Counted from the stretch's first letter, positions 50,639 through 60,641 are shown. The stretch is 64,000 bases of DNA from an uncultured Verrucomicrobiales bacterium (GCA_938091905.1 CALKOM010000117.1:1-64000), one strand, 5' to 3'. Notes: a model not told the origin generated them from the sequence alone. Translations and numbers: made by a program.

Positions 50639-51559
50639 ATGAAACGTCTTCTCATCCTCACTGTGCTCGCTGGTTCTACGCTGCTTACTTCTGCTACCGA
50701 GATCACCCACTCCTTTCTTGGCGTCGGCAAAGCCAACCAAGCAACGATCATCGGAGAAGATGGCAACGTGAACTGGAAAGCAGACTTTCCTGCAAGCGAC
50801 GGCTGGGTCCTTCCTAACGGCAACGTGCTCCTCGCGCTCTACAAGTGCGAAGGGTTTCCTAACGGCGGAGCGGTCGAGATCGAACGATCCACAAAGAAGG
50901 TCCTCTTCCGCTATGTCGGCCAACAGAAAGAAACCAGTGCCGTCGAGAAACTCGCCAACGGAAACTACCTAGTCACCGAACTCGGCCCCAAACCTCAGGT
51001 CGTCGAGGTGAATAGCAACGGCAAGGTAATTAAGACCACCCCACTCGCCTGCCAGAAGAAGAACGCACACATGCAAACACGCATGCTCCGCCAACTGCCA
51101 AACGGCAATTACCTCGCACCGCACCTCTTCGACTTTATCGTTAACGAATACGAACCCGTGACTGGCAAAGTTCTAAAATCTTTTCCCACGGATGATCGCG
51201 GCCGCGAGAAGAAAGACTGGCCGTTCACAGCGATCCGCCTCGCCAACGGAAACACGCTCATCGGCTGCACAAATGGCAATCGCGTGATCGAAATCGACGC
51301 GGACGGCAAGATTGTCTGGAGCGTAAACAATGACGATCTCGGCGAGGAACTTATTCGCGACGCCTGTGGCGTTCAGCGCCTTCCCAACGGCAACACCGTG
51401 ATCACCAGCTACTATGCCAAGGGTGACCAAGTGAATCTTATCGAAGTCTCTCGCGAGAAGAAAGTCGTCTGGCGCTACTCGGGTTCAAAGCACGGCTATC
51501 ACCATTTCCAAATCCTCACCACCAATGGCAAGCCGATCGAGGGCAAGCCCATGCGCTAA
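50639..51559 (+). CDS. Secreted beta-propeller protein (repeated LxNGNxL blades)
   Basis: Signal MKRLLIL..; LPNGNVL, LANGNYL, LPNGNYL, LANGNTL and LPNGNTV. Confidence 0.82.
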   Translation: MKRLLILTVLAGSTLLTSATEITHSFLGVGKANQATIIGEDGNVNWKADFPASDGWVLPNGNVLLALYKCEGFPNGGAVEIERSTKKVLFRYVGQQKETSAVEKLANGNYLVTELGPKPQVVEVNSNGKVIKTTPLACQKKNAHMQTRMLRQLPNGNYLAPHLFDFIVNEYEPVTGKVLKSFPTDDRGREKKDWPFTAIRLANGNTLIGCTNGNRVIEIDADGKIVWSVNNDDLGEELIRDACGVQRLPNGNTVITSYYAKGDQVNLIEVSREKKVVWRYSGSKHGYHHFQILTTNGKPIEGKPMR

Positions 51560-51586
51560 AGCCACTTCCAGAGGGATTCATCGTCT

Positions 51587-51756
51587 GTAGTGGAACGGGT
51601 TTCCGCTCCTTAAGTTTGGACTACCTTCTTCCCGTAGCGGAACTGGCAACAGTTCCTTAACATTGGACCACTTTCACCCCATAGTGGAACCGGCAACAAT
51701 TCCTCGAGATTCGGCCAATTCTCTCCTTAGTAACCGTTCCTTAAAATTGGACCCGC
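51587..51756 (+). repeat. Degenerate 47-bp tandem array of GTAG-type REP-like units
   Basis: Units start at 51587, 51634 and 51681, with a partial unit at about 51727. Consensus RTAGYGGAAC-N8-RTTCCTTAA-NNTTGGAC. Confidence 0.7.
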
Positions 51757-51762
51757 TAGCCC

Positions 51763-52470
51763 TTACTCTGCCAACTGAAAGAGCCCTTCAACTCCATCTC
51801 TCCACGCAGCCTTTGCGCTCTGATAGAGCGCAAGCACATCTGCTTTCCGACCGAGACGGTAAGTTGCTGAAGGAGCCACTGCAGCATCAAGCGACCGCTT
51901 GTTAGGAAGCCCATGATCCTCCGCGACCTGCTCACGCACATGGTGCCCTGTGGAGATCAGAGCTTGCACCCTCTGTAACGCAAGACGCCCTTCGACCAGC
52001 GGCTCAACCATCGGCTGAGCTGCCGTCTTCACAACCAAGCGTTCCTCATGATAGAATCGAGCAAACACTGCGCTGCGAGTCGAAACCATCACCTCGTAGA
52101 TCTTAGTATGATCATCGACTACGTATTCCTGAAGACTCACTGTAACAATGTCAGAAACCTTAACTGTAAAGCCCCCGGTCGGTAACCGACACTCCCAGAA
52201 TGGGGCTGACTTCGCCAGAGATTCAGAGGGTATCGACCCACCCTTCAGTTGCTCAGACAAAGGCACCGCGGCAATATTCGAAGCCGCCGCTGCTGCTGCC
52301 TCCTTGGGAAAAGCAGGCTCCGGCATGGGCACCGGGGCAAGCGTCGTCGGCTCTGGCAAATCAGCTGGAGGAGGATCGAGTAACACCGGATCCACCGAAC
52401 TTTCCTGACCAAACGAGGTCACGGATCCCGCCAACAAGGCCATCAAAAACGAAATATTTAGCGCTTTCAC
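51763..52470 (-). CDS. Secreted conserved hypothetical protein with Pro-rich N-terminal linker
   Basis: Probable GTG start at 52470, directly after a consensus promoter. Signal peptide and FWECRLPTG..SLQEYVVD domain. Confidence 0.72.
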   Translation of the reverse strand: MKALNISFLMALLAGSVTSFGQESSVDPVLLDPPPADLPEPTTLAPVPMPEPAFPKEAAAAAASNIAAVPLSEQLKGGSIPSESLAKSAPFWECRLPTGGFTVKVSDIVTVSLQEYVVDDHTKIYEVMVSTRSAVFARFYHEERLVVKTAAQPMVEPLVEGRLALQRVQALISTGHHVREQVAEDHGLPNKRSLDAAVAPSATYRLGRKADVLALYQSAKAAWRDGVEGLFQLAE

Positions 52471-52476
52471 CGTTTC

Positions 52477-52505
52477 ATTGTAGCTATGCCCAACTATCGT
52501 GTCAA
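52477..52505 (-). promoter_or_regulatory. sigma70-type promoter, probably leaderless transcript
   Basis: TTGACA (52505-52500) - N17 - TACAAT (52482-52477) - 6 nt - GTG (52470). Confidence 0.75.
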
Positions 52506-52769
52506 TCAACTAGAGCGTCAGCGGCGGAACTCCGGAAACACTGAGGTGGGAAAGCCTCTGAAAGTCCCCTTAAATCGACTCTCCATCTTCAGTTACTAAA
52601 TGTCAGAGATGTCGGCAATTTCACATCGTTCAAGTCTCTGACAACGTCTGCAACCGTATAGTCCGTCCTGAGAAGCCTTTACCTAAGAGCTCAGCCGGAA
52701 CTCCATCCAGCATGGCTAAATTGAATCAGTTTCTAGACAGTGGGCCCTTTATCACAGCAAACTGAATCA

Positions 52770-54290
52770 ATGAAACTACCTACAGATAGAACTTTCAGAC
52801 GTCGACCGTTTTTGACGATGATAGTCTCGGTATTGGCCTTCGGTCCCCGCGCGGTCGCCAGAGTCACCGCACCACTCTTCAAGGTTTCGCTCAAAGATGC
52901 CCACAAGGGAACCCTCGAAGTCGATACCCAGCTACTCGATAGCTTCAAACGTTTGCCAGAGAATATCCGCTCGTTCTATCTGAAATCCCGAGCCGTCTTC
53001 GACGGATCGCCCACGGCGGACTTTTCCGATCCTACCATAGTAGAAGCGGCCAAAACTCATGACCTCCCCCTCATGGGTGGGCCAATGCTTGGCGACCTGC
53101 ATTCAGACAGTGTTACTGTATGGCTTCGACCTGCCCAGGTTGGGGCGTTGTCGATTAAGGTAACGAATGAGGACGGAGGGGCCGCTCAGTCAATCGATGT
53201 TAAGCCCCTCAAGAGTGGAATAGATCAACGTGTTCGCATCGGAGGACTCGTGCCGAACACCGCATACCGATATGAGGTTCTGGCAAACGGTCAGAATGTC
53301 GCCGAGGGCGAGTTTGTCACCGCGCCGGTCGACGACGCAAAGGGTGTGTTTCGCGTCTCATTCGGATCGTGTTGCCACAAGATTGGCATCCACAATCCAA
53401 ATTTGTTTACGCAAATACGTATGCGCGCGCCGCACGCCATGTTGATCCTGGGTGACAGTGCTGTTGATGATCGTGAAGACCAGATCAACATGCATCGGGC
53501 GGACTACCAGCTTCGCGATGTTTCCGCGCCCTGGCGAGACCTGACGGCAAACATTCCCGTTTATGCCTCCTGGGACGATCACGATTACTTTAACAATGAC
53601 CTCAATGGAATCCCCAAGAGGTTCAGTGCGGCAGACCGCGATGCCGTTAGGTCAGTCTGGCGGCAAAACTGGAACAATCCGATGGCGAGCGATAACAGGG
53701 AAGGTATCTATTTCAATACGCGAATAGGGCCAACAGAAGTGATCATGCTAGACACGCGCTCCTGCAGGGACAACAACCGCCGCAACCAAAGGCACTCCTA
53801 TCTTGGCGAACAGCAAATGACCTGGCTCAAGAATACACTGCAATCCTCCACCGCGCCGTTCAAGATCATCAGCAGCGGCACGATGTGGAGTGATTATGTT
53901 AGCAAGGCCAAGGATTCGTGGGGCAGCTGGGACGTTGAAGCCCGGGAAGAGATCTTCGGCTTGATAGAACGAGAAAAGATCGGTGGTGTTCTTTTAATAA
54001 GCGGCGACCGCCATGGTGCTCGCGGATTCAAGATCCCACGCCCGTCAGGATTTGCCTTTCATGAATTTGAAGCAGCGACACTGGGTGGCGTTTCAGGCCC
54101 TGCCGGGCTGGTCAAGAATTGCCCAGAGCAACTCTTTGGTTATGGAGGTGGGGATTTCATCGCTTGTGGTGAGTTCACATTCGACACCTCTGGCAAAGAC
54201 CCTCGGGTCACGTTTCGCCTGATTGACCAATCCGGCATCATTAAAGAGGAGCATACCTTTACCTTGCAGCAGCTAACACCGGGCATCTAA
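52770..54290 (+). CDS. Alkaline phosphatase D (PhoD) family protein
   Basis: FGSC, LILGD, WDDHD, MLDTR and LISGDRH. Twin-arginine-like RRRPFL leader. Confidence 0.87.
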   Translation: MKLPTDRTFRRRPFLTMIVSVLAFGPRAVARVTAPLFKVSLKDAHKGTLEVDTQLLDSFKRLPENIRSFYLKSRAVFDGSPTADFSDPTIVEAAKTHDLPLMGGPMLGDLHSDSVTVWLRPAQVGALSIKVTNEDGGAAQSIDVKPLKSGIDQRVRIGGLVPNTAYRYEVLANGQNVAEGEFVTAPVDDAKGVFRVSFGSCCHKIGIHNPNLFTQIRMRAPHAMLILGDSAVDDREDQINMHRADYQLRDVSAPWRDLTANIPVYASWDDHDYFNNDLNGIPKRFSAADRDAVRSVWRQNWNNPMASDNREGIYFNTRIGPTEVIMLDTRSCRDNNRRNQRHSYLGEQQMTWLKNTLQSSTAPFKIISSGTMWSDYVSKAKDSWGSWDVEAREEIFGLIEREKIGGVLLISGDRHGARGFKIPRPSGFAFHEFEAATLGGVSGPAGLVKNCPEQLFGYGGGDFIACGEFTFDTSGKDPRVTFRLIDQSGIIKEEHTFTLQQLTPGI

Positions 54291-54310
54291 CCGTCGGTGA
54301 ACAAAAACCT

Positions 54311-54600
54311 ATGATTCTCTCTACAGGACAACGTTTGTCCCACTACGAGATTCTTACCCCCTTGCTTCAAGGGCGATGGGGGAAGTCTATCCGGCTAGTG
54401 ACACGCTGCTAGTGACACGCTGCTATTACACGAGGTCGCACTTTTAGAAACCGCTGCCGACATCGTTCTTGTCGACGGCATGTTACAATAGCCAAAGCGA
54501 GATTCAAGCAGCCGGGTGGCGTCATCCACGACCATTCACGAGCGATCATTCGGCTAGTCTCCATGAGCATAGCACGTCTCCTATTGCCAAATTCATCGCA
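54311..54600 (+). pseudogene. Remnant of Hanks-type Ser/Thr kinase gene 5' end
   Basis: MILSTGQRLSHYEILTPL, then after a frameshift AMGEVYPASDTL, then EVAL and ARFKQ fragments. Matches the YEIxxxLGxGGMGEVYRAxDxxL pattern. A 14-bp duplication (54394-54421) lies within. The 3' boundary is approximate. Confidence 0.6.
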
Positions 54601-54725
54601 TTTAGGAAATCTATCGAACCGACAAAAAGCGGAATCAATTTGCTAAGTTCAGGCAAACTTCAATCGATCGACTGCCATGAGGCAATTCGAATCTGATCAA
54701 TCGCGGATGACAGCAGCAGCCGAGA

Positions 54726-56141
54726 TCACGGCGCGGCCTTGACCGGTTTCATTTCGTGGACCGCACCGATGATGGTTTCCTCAATGGCCTCATCCCAAAG
54801 AGCAGGAAATCCGTAGTAAACATTCGAACCGCCACCTTCATAGCCTCCTTCTTTAAGGACGCGGAGAGAGGGAATGTAAGCCATGACATCATTGGCGTAG
54901 GCGGCCACCCAAGTCTTTTCACCAAGTCGCTCGCGTTTCAATCGATTCGCATAATCCACCACGACTTCGCCTCCCAGCCAGACGAAATCAATCTCATCTC
55001 CAAGTGACCAAACACCAATTGGAAAGGGATACGTTCCATCCAGACCGGCCTTGTCTCCGCCGCTCTTCTTACTCTCGGCTAACAGATACCGCGCCCGTGC
55101 TCGTTCGTAGCCTTCCGCTTTGGTGGCGGTTTCCTGAAACTGTTCGATGGTGGGCAGATCGGCGAGAGGTGCCTCAATCTCGCGAAACTGCGCCGTCAGT
55201 TTCGGCGCGACTTCCGGCATCGGAGAGTCGAGGGTTTTCTCAATGGCCTCGGCCAGCTCAGCTCCATAGTTCTCTGCTAGCACAATCTCGGAACGCGGCA
55301 ATGGATTCTGATCCGCGCCGCAGCCTGCCCAGAACAGCGCCACGCAACCGGGATGTTCTTTCTCGATCGCGATCTGAGCATACCCTGGGTAGTCGCCGCA
55401 CCATTGCAGACCCGACAAGGTCGTAGCATGACAGGCGTATCCGAAGAGAACCGCACGCAGCGTAGCATCCTCGGGATCACGCACACTGAGCACAGGCACA
55501 TCGTGATCGACCGGTCCCTTTAGTGTTCCCCCGTCTCGCCATTCAGAAACTTTATTAGAGGGATTTTCACGCCGGTTTACGGCAAAGGTAGAGAGGCCGC
55601 TTCCCCACTGCACCCTAGCAGGCTCCAAATCAGCAATGGCACTCCCCGCCACCGCAACGACTTTAGAGACAAGAATCTCAGCATAGGCATCGACTTTCTG
55701 CTGCTGCTGCGTATCAAGAAGCCACCAGTGCAGCGGTCCGAGGTTTCGTCGGCCCACCACAGGCCCACTGTGGGTGTGTGAGGTCGCAATCACAATCTGC
55801 TCACGCCCCAATCCGTAGGCCTGCCCAATTTTTTCACAGATCAGCGCGGACATCTCCCGATCGATCCCGATCAAATCGAGTGAGAGAACGAGCCCACGGT
55901 TACCCGCCGCATCTTCAACCGCCAAGGCTTTAGCCCAGAGGTCCGTGAGCACCACACCATCAGACGGCGTCTTTCGGCTAGCATAGCCCGCCATCCAAGT
56001 CGGTTTATCTGGCGTGATGACGACAGAAGCCACACCAACCTCCCACGTAGACTCCGAATCTGCAGCAACAATTAGCAAAATCCCGAAGACAGAAAATAAA
56101 CTAAACAGAAACAGTCGGATCAATAAGGCGAATCGATTCAT
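54726..56141 (-). CDS. Neutral/alkaline ceramidase-like family secreted hydrolase
   Basis: ITP..MAGY..R, SHTHSGP, NRR, ACHAT, DYPG, GCGADQNP and EGGYE. Confidence 0.85.
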   Translation of the reverse strand: MNRFALLIRLFLFSLFSVFGILLIVAADSESTWEVGVASVVITPDKPTWMAGYASRKTPSDGVVLTDLWAKALAVEDAAGNRGLVLSLDLIGIDREMSALICEKIGQAYGLGREQIVIATSHTHSGPVVGRRNLGPLHWWLLDTQQQQKVDAYAEILVSKVVAVAGSAIADLEPARVQWGSGLSTFAVNRRENPSNKVSEWRDGGTLKGPVDHDVPVLSVRDPEDATLRAVLFGYACHATTLSGLQWCGDYPGYAQIAIEKEHPGCVALFWAGCGADQNPLPRSEIVLAENYGAELAEAIEKTLDSPMPEVAPKLTAQFREIEAPLADLPTIEQFQETATKAEGYERARARYLLAESKKSGGDKAGLDGTYPFPIGVWSLGDEIDFVWLGGEVVVDYANRLKRERLGEKTWVAAYANDVMAYIPSLRVLKEGGYEGGGSNVYYGFPALWDEAIEETIIGAVHEMKPVKAAP

Positions 56142-56582
56142 CAAGTCAGGTTGGCAAGTTCACAGGATTGTGATGGTTTTCGCTCAAAGGGGGAAGGCCG
56201 TTTCGCAAAGATCTTGGAATTCGGTGAAGAAAATTAAGAATCTCTCAAGAAAACTCCCGCCCACTTAATAACACTAACTTATAATCAACGCAGTCCTTTT
56301 CCCCACATCCAAGTATAGAGAGAGATTGGTGAGGGACAATCCACTACCTTCCAACATTTTGCCGACTCGCCACTTCTGTTGATTCCGACTATTGACAGTC
56401 AGTTCGATATCATTCTTTTAGGCTTAACTTTCTGAGGTTCGTAAGGAGTTCCAGCGACCTCAAAGATCTCCGGCATCGTCAACAACCGCGGTCACTAGCA
56501 AGAGTGTATTCCGGGGAAACCATAGCAGGAAAGAGATAGAGACAGCAAGCTCACCCCGACCCTAGTTTACAATCAATAGCCC

Positions 56583-57470
56583 CTAGCGAGAAAGCACCTG
56601 GCCAATCACCGTCAGCACTTGATCAAAAGGTGTTCGTTGAAATACCGTCTCTTTGCGGAACCAGGTTTCCTGACGTTTTGCATAGCGGCGTGACGCTTGC
56701 TGAATCGCAGCGATCGCTTCGCCCAACGTCACGTCCCCGCGTAGATGAGCCTGGAGATCACTTATTCCGATTGCCTTGGCAGCCGTCGCCGATAACGATC
56801 CTGACAGGGAGGCAACCTCATCGAGTGCTCCGTGAGAAATCATGTCATGCACTCGGGCATTGATGCGTTGATAGAGAGTCTCCCGCTCCCTCGTGATGAC
56901 CACGCCAACGATATCTGAGGGATCATCGTGCTGCCAGCCTGCCTTCAGTACAGAAGCAGGAACACCCGACAAGAGGGTCATCTCAAGGGCACGAATCACG
57001 TAGCGCGGGTTCTTCAGGTTCATCGCCTGAGCTCCCTGCGGATCGACACACTCTAACCAAGCCACGACATTCTCCAACGGCAAGGCCTCAAGTTTCTCGC
57101 GAAGCGCGATATCTCCGGGCGGAGAATCTGCTAGACCATGCGTCAGGGCCTTGATGTATAGTCCATTGCCTCCCACAATGATGGGGCGCTTGCCTCGAGA
57201 TTGGATCTCCTCAATAACGACACCCGCTTCCTTGGCATAGCGGGCAACATTGTAGTCCTCTTCTATACCGACAGTCTCATAGAGATGATGAGGCACCTGC
57301 AAACGCTCCTCCTCTGAAGGACCGGCCGTGATGACGGAGAGTCCACGGTAAATCTGAAAGGCATCCGCATTGACGACCTCGCCGTCCCAGCGCATTGCCA
57401 ACTCAAGCGCAATTCCCGACTTCCCACTTCCCGTGGGACCAACCACGTAGCAAGGCGAGAGCAATTTCAT
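56583..57470 (-). CDS. miaA: tRNA dimethylallyltransferase
   Basis: GPTGSGKS, NADAFQIY, VGGNGLY and YAKRQETWF. The ATG at 57470 overlaps the rsmI stop. Confidence 0.94.
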   Translation of the reverse strand: MKLLSPCYVVGPTGSGKSGIALELAMRWDGEVVNADAFQIYRGLSVITAGPSEEERLQVPHHLYETVGIEEDYNVARYAKEAGVVIEEIQSRGKRPIIVGGNGLYIKALTHGLADSPPGDIALREKLEALPLENVVAWLECVDPQGAQAMNLKNPRYVIRALEMTLLSGVPASVLKAGWQHDDPSDIVGVVITRERETLYQRINARVHDMISHGALDEVASLSGSLSATAAKAIGISDLQAHLRGDVTLGEAIAAIQQASRRYAKRQETWFRKETVFQRTPFDQVLTVIGQVLSR

Positions 57471-58198
57471 CCTTCTGCCGAAGATTGCTCGGACGGGTCC
57501 ACAAACCATTTCGGCAGTTTGCTCGGGGCAATGACGAGCGTGATCTCTCCCTTCGGCGGCTGGTCGACATAGTGATCCGCAAGCGTTCGAACAGTAGCAC
57601 GCCGGAATTCTTGATGGCGCTTGGTCAACTCGCGTGCAACACAAGCCCAGCGAGTGGGTTCTGATGTCGCCAGCACTTCTAGCGAACGTACCAAGCGATG
57701 GGGCGATTCAAAGTACACGCAGGTTTCTTCCCGAGCCAACGCCTCGGTGAGAACACGCTGACGTTGGCCAGACTTGTTCGGCAAGAAACCACCATAATAG
57801 AACGTCGCGGTCGGCAATCCTGAGCCGGCCAAGGCCGTAATCACAGCGCTCGGACCTGGCAAAACATCGTACGATATCCCCTCAGCAAAGCAGCGCTGCA
57901 CAAAGCGCTGCCCTGGATCGGAGATGGTTGGCGAACCGGCATCTGAAATCAAAGCGACCGTCTTGCCTTGCTTGATCTCCTCAATCAGCGCCGCGCTTCG
58001 CATCGCTTCGTTGTGCTCATGCAAACTAATCTTCCGCGTGTCTATCTGATAATGTTGCAACAAGCGTCCGGAATGGCGCGTATCCTCACAGGCCACAATA
58101 TCCGCATCACGAAGCGTCTCCTCTGCTCGATGTGTGAGATCGCCCAGATTCCCAATCGGCGTTGGCACGAGAACGAGTCGGCCCCAATCAGCATTCAT
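57467..58198 (-). CDS. rsmI: 16S rRNA (cytidine1402-2'-O)-methyltransferase
   Basis: PTPIGNLGD, CEDTR, SDAGSPTISDPG, FESPHR, RELTK and KGE. Confidence 0.95.
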   Translation of the reverse strand: MNADWGRLVLVPTPIGNLGDLTHRAEETLRDADIVACEDTRHSGRLLQHYQIDTRKISLHEHNEAMRSAALIEEIKQGKTVALISDAGSPTISDPGQRFVQRCFAEGISYDVLPGPSAVITALAGSGLPTATFYYGGFLPNKSGQRQRVLTEALAREETCVYFESPHRLVRSLEVLATSEPTRWACVARELTKRHQEFRRATVRTLADHYVDQPPKGEITLVIAPSKLPKWFVDPSEQSSAEG

Positions 58199-58215
58199 CT
58201 TTTTTCTCGCTATAA

Positions 58216-58728
58216 CTACCAACCCTCGCCCAGTCGACTGACGAGACTCTCAGCAAGCCTCTCGGCGACGTGGGGCAGTGCCTGGCGTTCGGACAACTGA
58301 AAGTTTGGGTCGAGAAACTGACTCACTTCGCCTTCCACCTGCCCCTCATCGAGGATCTCTCCGGTTCGACGGCTGCGCAGCTTGAATGCAACTACTAACG
58401 TGAACTCCAACTCACTCGTCCGAAGCGTGTTGAAGCGCGCCGAACGCGTTTGACGCCGATTCAACTCCACAATTGAGGCTTCCAAGATGGCATCCGATCG
58501 ATTGGCACTTCCAATGCTATAGGTACCATCGCGCTGAAACTGCTGGATAACCGCATTCGTCACGAACACCGCACTCCGCGGCTCTAGGGTCTCATTCTTA
58601 AAGGTCGGCACATAAATCGTTGTCACCGATGCGAATTTCGCAGGCTTCACATAACCCAATTTATATCCGCAATTCGTTAGCCCTATCAGGAACATCAAAG
58701 CGAGGGAAAGACTGCGAAGTATTCCCAT
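58216..58728 (-). CDS. lptE: LptE family lipoprotein
   Basis: Lipobox LTNC-GY and IYVPTFKNET. Follows bamD. Start is 58728 or 58749. Confidence 0.8.
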   Translation of the reverse strand: MGILRSLSLALMFLIGLTNCGYKLGYVKPAKFASVTTIYVPTFKNETLEPRSAVFVTNAVIQQFQRDGTYSIGSANRSDAILEASIVELNRRQTRSARFNTLRTSELEFTLVVAFKLRSRRTGEILDEGQVEGEVSQFLDPNFQLSERQALPHVAERLAESLVSRLGEGW

Positions 58729-58738
58729 GGGTCTGGGG

Positions 58739-60106
58739 CTATTCGCCATCGTCGCCCTCACCCTCCTCGGGAACTGGCGGCAGGAGTGAATCGATGTCAA
58801 CATCAGCATCAACAACCGGAGCCTCTCCCAGGCCAAGAATATCTGAATCGGATACAGAAGGCGGCGACGGCACCAGCGGGTCCACATCAAATCCGGGGGC
58901 TTTCCCAGGAAGATCAGGCTCAGGCGCAACAGGCAAAGGCACCGGCTGCACATTCGAAGGAACCAGCGGCGTGTCCTTCTTTGGTGCAGGTTCAGAAATC
59001 GGCATCGATCTCCTGGTCGGCTTCTTCTTCCCTAAATCAGGAGCAGGCGGCCCAAGATAGTTCCTCTGCGCCTTCAAGCGCTCACTAGGAGCGGCTTTCG
59101 TTACCGCCTCGTCGATTTGCGCAAGCTCAAGGGCCTTTGGATCGATATTGCCAACGCGATCAATTCCCTGACGTGCTTCCAACTTCAAAGCAGCGTTGCT
59201 AGACAGAAGAACGTCTTTGTAATAGATGGCCGCCCCCTTCATATTTCCCTGCTTCTCGTAAAACTGTCCGAATTTCAAACTATTCCGAGCGGTCTTCTCA
59301 TCGATCGAATTCAGTTGAGCATAGGCATCGCCACTCTCTCTGTGTTGTGGAAAATTTGTTAGGAAATCCTCGTAGGCCTCACGAGACTGAGTGAGATTGG
59401 CAGGACTGTCAGGACGTCGATTTGTAAGATCGTAGATCTCCGCAATCTTCAGTTGAGCTTGCGGTGCTTTCGGGCTTCGCGGGTACTCATCGACCACCGC
59501 TTGGAAGGCGGTGATCGCCTCGTCATACCGCTTACGCCCCTCGTGGATTCTAGCAATATAATATTGGCTATTGGCGGCGTAAATCGAGGCAGGCGCGTTG
59601 GTAATGATGGTCCCAAACATTTCAAGCACATTGTCTCGAGACATCTTCTTCGGTACCACCCCGAGGAAAGAATCCTTCTTCTCTGTGAGAGCAGCCACCG
59701 TCATGTTGTACTGTTGCTCGACCGCGCGCTGGAAACGCGAACTACCACGATAACGATCGACCAGCGTCTGATAATACTCGAAGGCCTTACTCAGCTCACC
59801 TTGGGACTGCAGGAGCTCAGCTGCACGAAAGTTTGCCTCAGCTGCATACTGAGAGAAGTAGTACTTCCGACTAATCGTACTGTATTGATCGAGCGCCTTC
59901 TTTCCTTTGCTCGCCTTCTGGTTGGCCTCAGCCTTGGCAAACAAATTGGATGCTTTGCGATCATGCTCGGCCACTTCCTTCTTGGTCGGCACTCGATCAC
60001 GATCTTTCTTCGAGAAGATTCCGAAGATAGCATGGCTTGGCTGCAACGTGGCCAGCCCGAGGAGAAGGGCCACAGCGAGTGTGCCTCGCAAGGATGTCTT
60101 GGTCAT
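58739..60106 (-). CDS. bamD: Outer membrane assembly factor BamD-like TPR protein with Pro/Asp-rich tail
   Basis: TPRs FQAVVDEYPRSPKAPQAQ, EDFLTNFP and GQFYEK..AAIYY. Confidence 0.82.
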   Translation of the reverse strand: MTKTSLRGTLAVALLLGLATLQPSHAIFGIFSKKDRDRVPTKKEVAEHDRKASNLFAKAEANQKASKGKKALDQYSTISRKYYFSQYAAEANFRAAELLQSQGELSKAFEYYQTLVDRYRGSSRFQRAVEQQYNMTVAALTEKKDSFLGVVPKKMSRDNVLEMFGTIITNAPASIYAANSQYYIARIHEGRKRYDEAITAFQAVVDEYPRSPKAPQAQLKIAEIYDLTNRRPDSPANLTQSREAYEDFLTNFPQHRESGDAYAQLNSIDEKTARNSLKFGQFYEKQGNMKGAAIYYKDVLLSSNAALKLEARQGIDRVGNIDPKALELAQIDEAVTKAAPSERLKAQRNYLGPPAPDLGKKKPTRRSMPISEPAPKKDTPLVPSNVQPVPLPVAPEPDLPGKAPGFDVDPLVPSPPSVSDSDILGLGEAPVVDADVDIDSLLPPVPEEGEGDDGE

Positions 60107-60171
60107 AACTGCATTCTCAAGCGGGGAGTCGTCTCGTCAAGAACACGCACCACCAGAAATGAGAACCTTTG

Positions 60172-60206
60172 TTGATTTCTTTTAAATTGCATCTAAAATA
60201 CAGCTT
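60172..60206 (+). promoter_or_regulatory. Promoter overlapped by NsrR-type operator
   Basis: TTGATT (60172-77) - N16 - TAAAAT (60194-99) - 7 nt - ATG. ATTGCAT-CTAAA-ATACAGC (60186-60204) resembles the NsrR box gATGyAT-N5-ATrCATc. Confidence 0.7.
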
Positions 60207-60641
60207 ATGGAAATCAGCCAATTTAGCGATTACGCCCTCCGAGTGCTGATATTTTCAGGGTTGGAGGCGGAACGGTGCTCCGTGCCGGAAATTGCCAAGG
60301 CCCACAACATTTCGCACCACCACTTGGTCAAAGTGGTGCACCATCTCGCAAAAGCAGGCTTCCTCCAGACCTTTCGGGGTCGTGGCGGAGGCTTTCAACT
60401 CGCCAAAGATCCAGGAACGTTCACGGTCGCTGAGGTTCTCCGGTCCACCGAGAATCTCGCATTGGTCGAGTGCCTGCCCCCTCGAGAAGGAACCTGTTGC
60501 CTGTCTGGGTGCTGCGTCCTGAAAGGCGCGATTCTGAAAGCTCGCCACGCTTTTCTAGCCGTGCTTGATGGCTACACTCTAAAAGATCTGCTCCTCCCAC
60601 GACGCACCCTACGCGAAGCCCTCGCCCTTTCGCCAGAATGA
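60207..60641 (+). CDS. nsrR: Rrf2 family regulator, NsrR-like
   Basis: FSDYALRVL, ISHHHLVKVV, RGRGGG, LVEC..C..C(C)VLK and AFLAVLD. Confidence 0.82.
   Translation: MEISQFSDYALRVLIFSGLEAERCSVPEIAKAHNISHHHLVKVVHHLAKAGFLQTFRGRGGGFQLAKDPGTFTVAEVLRSTENLALVECLPPREGTCCLSGCCVLKGAILKARHAFLAVLDGYTLKDLLLPRRTLREALALSPE

Noticed and set aside
51587..51756. CRISPR array
   Set aside because: Whole 47-bp units resemble each other, with no unique spacers between identical repeats. There are only 3-4 degenerate units and no cas genes nearby.
56260..56360. Replication origin (AT-rich patch, TTCCCCACA)
   Set aside because: Only weak DnaA-box-like matches, no dnaA/dnaN/gidA context, and no strand-composition switch evident by eye.
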